From positions 1,231 to 65,230 of the forward strand of contig CAZEZF010000002.1 of NCBI GenBank assembly GCA_964516495.1: DNA of 64,000 nt, in the 5' to 3' direction. Positions within the stretch are counted from its first letter, which is position 1; each line of letters opens with the position of its first letter. The DNA is from an uncultured Acidimicrobiia bacterium. GTDB taxonomy: Bacteria > Actinomycetota > Acidimicrobiia > Spongiisociales > Spongiisociaceae. The notes beneath the pieces were generated by a model. That model was not told where the DNA came from and ran no database searches. It saw only the letters and a program-made list of their open reading frames with translations. The position numbers were made by a program, and so were the translations under genes. Shown here piece by piece: positions 59,511 through 64,000 of the stretch.

Positions 59511-60387
59511 CGATCCTGCTGGCCGGTCTCGGAGAGATGATGACCGAGCACTCCGGGGTGATGAACCTGGGTGTGGAAGGAATGATGCTCGGAGGGGGAG
59601 TGGTGGGTTTCTGGATGAGCACCCAGCATGCGTCGATACCTATGGCGGTGGGGGCGGGTGTCGGGGCGCTGTTCGCGCTGATTCATGCTTATCTGGCGGT
59701 CACCCTGCGCGTCAACCAGATCGTCTCCGGATTGGCGCTGGTAATGACCGGAACCGGGTTCGCCGGTTTCGTGGGCAGTTTGGCCGACTCCGCCCTCATC
59801 TACGCTCGGCCTGTGTCTTCTTTCGGGCCGGTCTTCGGCGAGTGGCTTCGGGAGTCGCCGCTGGTCGGGCCCTTGATATTCGGTCACGACTGGGTCGTAT
59901 ACATGTCGTGGGTTCTCGTGGCTTTGGCTGCCTTCTGGTTGTTCCGGACCAGGGCGGTTCGGGCGGTGGGGGAAGATCCCGCGGCGGCCGACACGGTTGG
60001 TATTCCGGTTGGGATTACCCGATATGTCTATACGATGATCGGCGGCGCCGGGGCCGGGATGGGGGTACCTACCTGATGGTCGGTATTTTCGCCACCTACC
60101 AGCACGGCATAACGGCCGGTCTCGGTTGGATAGCCTTCGCGCTGGTGATCTTCGCCGGCTGGCGACCGTGGCGAGCCCTGGTAGCGGCGTATGTGTTCGG
60201 CGCCCTCCGTAACCTCGGCTTCTCGCTACAGATTCTGGGCGCCGAGATACCCTCGGACGTATTGAACGCCTTGCCGTTCGTGCTGACAATCGTCGCGCTG
60301 ATAATCATCTCGGCTCGGCCGGCGGCAGCCCGCCGCTACAGCGCACCGTCGGCCCTCGCCGTTCCGTACGCCCGGGAGAGCCGCTGA
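59495..60387 (+). pseudogene. BMP-family (nucleoside/sugar type) ABC transporter permease, N-truncated and frameshifted near 60062 (G-run)
   Basis: ILLAGLGEMMTEHSGVMNLGVEGMML... ends GMGVPT* and continues in the +1 frame as YLMVGIFATYQHG... (track ORFs 59495 and 59428). Confidence 0.55.
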
Positions 60388-60608
60388 ACGGATATCGACG
60401 GCACCGGTAGGAAAGCAGGTTCCTCGTGGGATTCCGGGGGACTGAAGCTGATGAGGTAACAGCGAGATAGATCAACGCCCGTTCCGCGGCTGCCGCGCGG
60501 ACCTCCGGCAGAGGGCCGCGCCGCCGCCGAGTATGTGCGACCTGATGCGATTCTCCCATGTGTGTGGTCCTTGTGCGTCCACAGGTCGGCGGCTCAAGAC
60601 CGGATCGG

Positions 60609-61937
60609 TCAGTGGAACTGCTTGGCCTCGGTGGAGCCCACCAGTGACAGGGTCGAACCGCGTCCGCCGGTCGTGACCTGCACCACCTCGTCGAAGTATC
60701 CCGCGCCTACTTCGGCCTGGTGCCGGGTGGCGGTGTAACCGAGCGACTCCGCGCCGATCTCGGTTTGCTGCAACCGGCTGTAGGCCGCCATACCGTCGTG
60801 GTGGTAGGACCGGGCCATGTCGAAGGTGTGGTAATTGAGCAGGTGCCATCCGGCCAGGGTGATGAACTGGAACCGGTATCCCAGCGAGGCGATCCGATCC
60901 TGGAAGGCCGCGATCTGTTCATCGCTCAGATGGCGCCTCCAGTTGAACGAGGGGGAGCAGTTGTAGGCGAGCGTCTTGTCCGGAAACCGCTCATGGATGG
61001 CCGCCGCAAAGGTTGCCGCCTCCTCGAGGTCCGGCGCCGAGGTCTCGAACCACAGCAGGTCGGCGTAAGGCGCGTAGGCGAGAGCCCTCTGCGTGGCGGC
61101 TTCCATTCCCCCACGGACTCCGTGGTATCCCTCCGCGGTTCGTTCCCCGGTGACGAAACGACGGTCGCCTTCGTCCACGTCGCTGGTCAGGAGACGGGCG
61201 TCCCGGGCGTCGGTCCTCGCCATGATGAGGGTGGGAACATCCAGCACGTCGGCCGCCAGCCGCGCCGCGGTCAGCGTACGGATAAACTGGGAGGCCGGTA
61301 CCAGCACCTTGCCTCCCATGTGTCCACACTTCTTTTCGGAGGAGAGTTGATCCTCGAAGTGGACACCGGCCGCGCCCGCCTCGATCATCGCCTTCATCAA
61401 CTCGAATGCGTGGACCGGGCCGCCGAACCCGGCTTCGGCGTCGGCCACTATGGGAGCGAACCAGTCGGCTCCAGTCCGGCCTTTGATGTAGTCGGCCTGG
61501 TCGGCGCGGGTGAGGGCGTTGTTGATGCGCCTTACCAAGCTCGGAACGCTGTTGGACGGATAGAGACTCTGGTCCGGATAGGTCTGGCCGGCCACGTTGT
61601 TGTCGGCCGCCACCTGCCAGCCGCTCACGTACAGAGACGTGAGTCCGGCCCGCACCATCTGCACTGCTTGGGCGCCGGTGAGTGCGCCGAAGGTTCGGAC
61701 GATCGGTTCGGTCTGTAGCAGGCGCCGGAGCCGTTCCGCCCCGGCTCGGGCGATGCTGTGCTCGATCCGGAGGCTACCCCGCAGGCGGAGTACGTCGAGG
61801 GCGGTATACGGGCGCTCGACACCCTGCCACCTTGCCTCCTGGTCCCAACGGGCTTGGAGAGCGTCTGCTCTCCCGAACCTGTTCCGCCCATTCCTCGACA
61901 TGATTCCGTACCTCCCCGGTACCGATCCAGTACTCAA
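60609..61937 (-). CDS. aceA: Isocitrate lyase
   Basis: Signature [15 protein letters not shown], 442 aa. Confidence 0.85.
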   Translation of the reverse strand: MSTGSVPGRYGIMSRNGRNRFGRADALQARWDQEARWQGVERPYTALDVLRLRGSLRIEHSIARAGAERLRRLLQTEPIVRTFGALTGAQAVQMVRAGLTSLYVSGWQVAADNNVAGQTYPDQSLYPSNSVPSLVRRINNALTRADQADYIKGRTGADWFAPIVADAEAGFGGPVHAFELMKAMIEAGAAGVHFEDQLSSEKKCGHMGGKVLVPASQFIRTLTAARLAADVLDVPTLIMARTDARDARLLTSDVDEGDRRFVTGERTAEGYHGVRGGMEAATQRALAYAPYADLLWFETSAPDLEEAATFAAAIHERFPDKTLAYNCSPSFNWRRHLSDEQIAAFQDRIASLGYRFQFITLAGWHLLNYHTFDMARSYHHDGMAAYSRLQQTEIGAESLGYTATRHQAEVGAGYFDEVVQVTTGGRGSTLSLVGSTEAKQFH

Positions 61938-62106
61938 CCGAGCCGTCCCGCGCGCTCTGCCGAAGCATCGCGAGGTAATCGCTCCGTGTTAAGCATGGCG
62001 GAACCGGAGGCCATATGTGTTGCTTTCGGCAATAGTGCAGGCCTGTTTCTTTTGATCGAAGTGATAGGCTGTAGCTATCACATCGGGAGAAGGGAGAGGG
62101 AGGCGA

Positions 62107-63027
62107 GTGGAGTTCCGGGAACTTGAGTCCTTCCTGGCGGCGGCGCGGATAGGCAGCTTTCGAGGGGCGGCGAGAGCCTCGTTCGTGAGCCAGCCATCAC
62201 TCAGCGCCCGGATCAGGTCGTTGGAGCGCGAGCTCCGCGCCCCGCTCTTCCATCGTATGGGTAGAGGCGTTCGGCTCACCGTGGCCGGGGAGGCATTTCT
62301 GCCCTTTGCCGAGCGGGTTATGGAGTTCCTCGATAAAGGCCGCGACGCGGTACGTCAGACCGTGGATGAGCAGCAGGGGACCATCACGATCGGTTCGGCT
62401 CGTACCATCGGTACCTACATGCTTCCCCCGACGCTGGAACGTTATCAACGCCGCTACCCGCAGGTATCAGCCCGGATACGTACCGGACGGTCAACCGATG
62501 TCTTGGCCATGATCATCGATGGTGTTGTTGATGTCGGCCTTTGCAGGGGCTTGGTACACCCGGATGTGCATTCGATCTACCTGTACGACGAGGAGATCGT
62601 TCTGGTTACCTATCCGGATCACCCATTTGCGGAGGCGGGGCATGCCAGGATCTCGGAGGTGGCGCGCCAACCCCTGATCCTCTATGACCCGAGTTCGACC
62701 TACTTCCTGCTCATCAATCAGGCCTGTCACGAGGCGGGGATCGTGCCCCAGATCGAGACCATGCTCGACAGCATCGAGGCCACCAAGCGTATGGTGGCCT
62801 TGGGGCTGGGCATCTCGTTCCTGCCGCGCAGCGCTATCCGGAGCGAGGTCGAGATGGGAAGCCTTACGCCCATCCGGATGGCTGCGCAACACCGGGTGCA
62901 GCTGCCGACCCATGTCCTGGTCAGACGAGCCCAGCACTACAGCATGCCGGTGATGTCGTTTCTCGGGCTGTTGCGGGAGATCCACGGGTGCGACCTGTCC
63001 GGGGTGGTGGACAAGTCCACAGGGTAG
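62107..63027 (+). CDS. LysR-family transcriptional regulator
   Basis: N-terminal HTH (FLAAARIGSFRGAARASFVSQPSLSARIRSLE) and LysR substrate-binding domain. Confidence 0.8.
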   Translation: MEFRELESFLAAARIGSFRGAARASFVSQPSLSARIRSLERELRAPLFHRMGRGVRLTVAGEAFLPFAERVMEFLDKGRDAVRQTVDEQQGTITIGSARTIGTYMLPPTLERYQRRYPQVSARIRTGRSTDVLAMIIDGVVDVGLCRGLVHPDVHSIYLYDEEIVLVTYPDHPFAEAGHARISEVARQPLILYDPSSTYFLLINQACHEAGIVPQIETMLDSIEATKRMVALGLGISFLPRSAIRSEVEMGSLTPIRMAAQHRVQLPTHVLVRRAQHYSMPVMSFLGLLREIHGCDLSGVVDKSTG

Positions 63028-63082
63028 GTTCCGGTTGATCGGGGAGGCGGGTCCCTTTTGGCGCCCGGTCGCGGTTCGGTCT

Positions 63083-63181
63083 AGGAGGGTACTGAGAAAC
63101 CCCCGGTTGGCCCGACATCCGATAAACTCCCTGTTCAGCGGGCGGAGGCCGACCCGCCCCCGTCTTTTTCAGCACCCTCCT
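63083..63181 (-). repeat. Repeat family C copy 2, starting at the stop codon of the Rieske oxygenase gene
   Basis: See copy 1. Confidence 0.55.
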
Positions 63182-64000
63182 AAACGTTGTCCGCGCCGTC
63201 GGCGATCTGCTTGAGCCACCTTCGATACTCGACGGCCACTCGGTCGGAGCCTTTGATCTGCACCTCGGCCGACAGGTCCATCGGCAGTTCCTCAGGGCGC
63301 TGTGATTGTACGATGGGAAGGTCCTGCCCGATCACGAGGGCGTTGAAGTCGAGCATCTCTTGGTCTGTCTGTTCGTCCATCGAATAGTCTCGACCCATAA
63401 AGGTGAAGCATCTCGATGTCTTGCGTCCGGTCGGACAGACGGAGAAGAACAGCAAGTACCGCTGGTCGAGGGCGGGAATCCGCTGGTCGAGGGGGATCGT
63501 GTTGGGCATGAACATCCGGTAGTCGATCCGGACATCAACCGGACCGTCGCCGGACTCGAGGTTCTTGTTCTTGCCGGAGTCGGCGGGTTCGGCCATGTGG
63601 GGATGGTCGAAGCGCAACTCGTGGCCCACCCGGGCGATGCCGTGATCGGGAACCTCCGGCTGTTCACGATCCCCCAATACGCCGTCGTGAACCCAGGCGA
63701 AGTGGGCGAAGTCGACGTAGTTCTCGATCCGGCGCGGCATAGAGCAGTTCCAGTCGTAGGACGGCACTTCGATGATCCGGTACCGAGGGTCTGAGCGATA
63801 GGGGAAATCGGGCAGCGGGTATCTCGGCTTTCCCGACATGCACACCCAGATGAGACCGGCCGCCTCGGCGGCGGCGTAGCTGGTCAGGCGGGCTCTCTTG
63901 GGGATTCGGGTACCGAAACGGGAGGGGATTTCAGTACACATGCCGTCCGGCCCATATTTCCATCCGTGGTAGGCGCAACGTAAAGAGTTGTCTTCCACCC
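63180..64000 (-). CDS. Rieske non-haem iron oxygenase alpha subunit (VanA/PDR-like), C-terminal part; gene continues beyond window end
   Basis: CAYHGWKY (second Rieske CxxH ligand pair) near the window edge, catalytic domain downstream. Confidence 0.55.
   Translation of the reverse strand, partial: VEDNSLRCAYHGWKYGPDGMCTEIPSRFGTRIPKRARLTSYAAAEAAGLIWVCMSGKPRYPLPDFPYRSDPRYRIIEVPSYDWNCSMPRRIENYVDFAHFAWVHDGVLGDREQPEVPDHGIARVGHELRFDHPHMAEPADSGKNKNLESGDGPVDVRIDYRMFMPNTIPLDQRIPALDQRYLLFFSVCPTGRKTSRCFTFMGRDYSMDEQTDQEMLDFNALVIGQDLPIVQSQRPEELPMDLSAEVQIKGSDRVAVEYRRWLKQIADGADNV

Overview
High-GC (actinobacterial-type) chromosomal segment containing mostly core metabolic genes and two decayed accessory islands, with no tRNA, rRNA or CRISPR. 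Core genes: a proline-racemase-family enzyme, msrA, an ATP-dependent DNA ligase, class I FBA, the complete glycine-cleavage set gcvT-H-PA-PB, alr, a six-gene soluble di-iron aromatic/alkane monooxygenase cluster with accessory genes, a xanthine-dehydrogenase/CoxMSL-like molybdoenzyme with CoxD/CoxE maturation genes, hydantoinase plus carbamoylase-type hydrolase, thiolase, isocitrate lyase and a LysR regulator. Island 1 (about 27.5-38.8 kb) holds two tandem diverged copies of a [vapBC - retropepsin-like protease] module in which every TA gene is broken and both proteases are intact, a COG1373 ATPase, and a Type ISP-like nuclease-helicase-methyltransferase-TRD restriction enzyme interrupted exactly at a 10-nt C/G homopolymer. 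It also holds an unknown protein plus PIN-like pair whose promoter and 5' end are duplicated on either side of an LLM oxidoreductase gene. Island 2 (about 52.6-60.4 kb) holds a palindrome-fronted 179-aa plus frameshifted PIN pair, a gene with two tandem TadA/CDA-type deaminase domains (504-bp internal repeat), a second COG1373 ATPase, an N-truncated DUF3696-type ATPase, an XDH-subunit fragment and a frameshifted ABC permease. A previously unnoticed MITE family of about 200 bp with roughly 16-20 bp TIRs and 4-bp YTRA target duplications occurs six times, one copy inside a vapBC operon. Two smaller repeat families were also found. Six frameshifts were found in total, five in accessory genes and one in an ABC permease at a junction of gene fragments; at least two sit at homopolymers, so read-level verification is needed before they are taken as biology.
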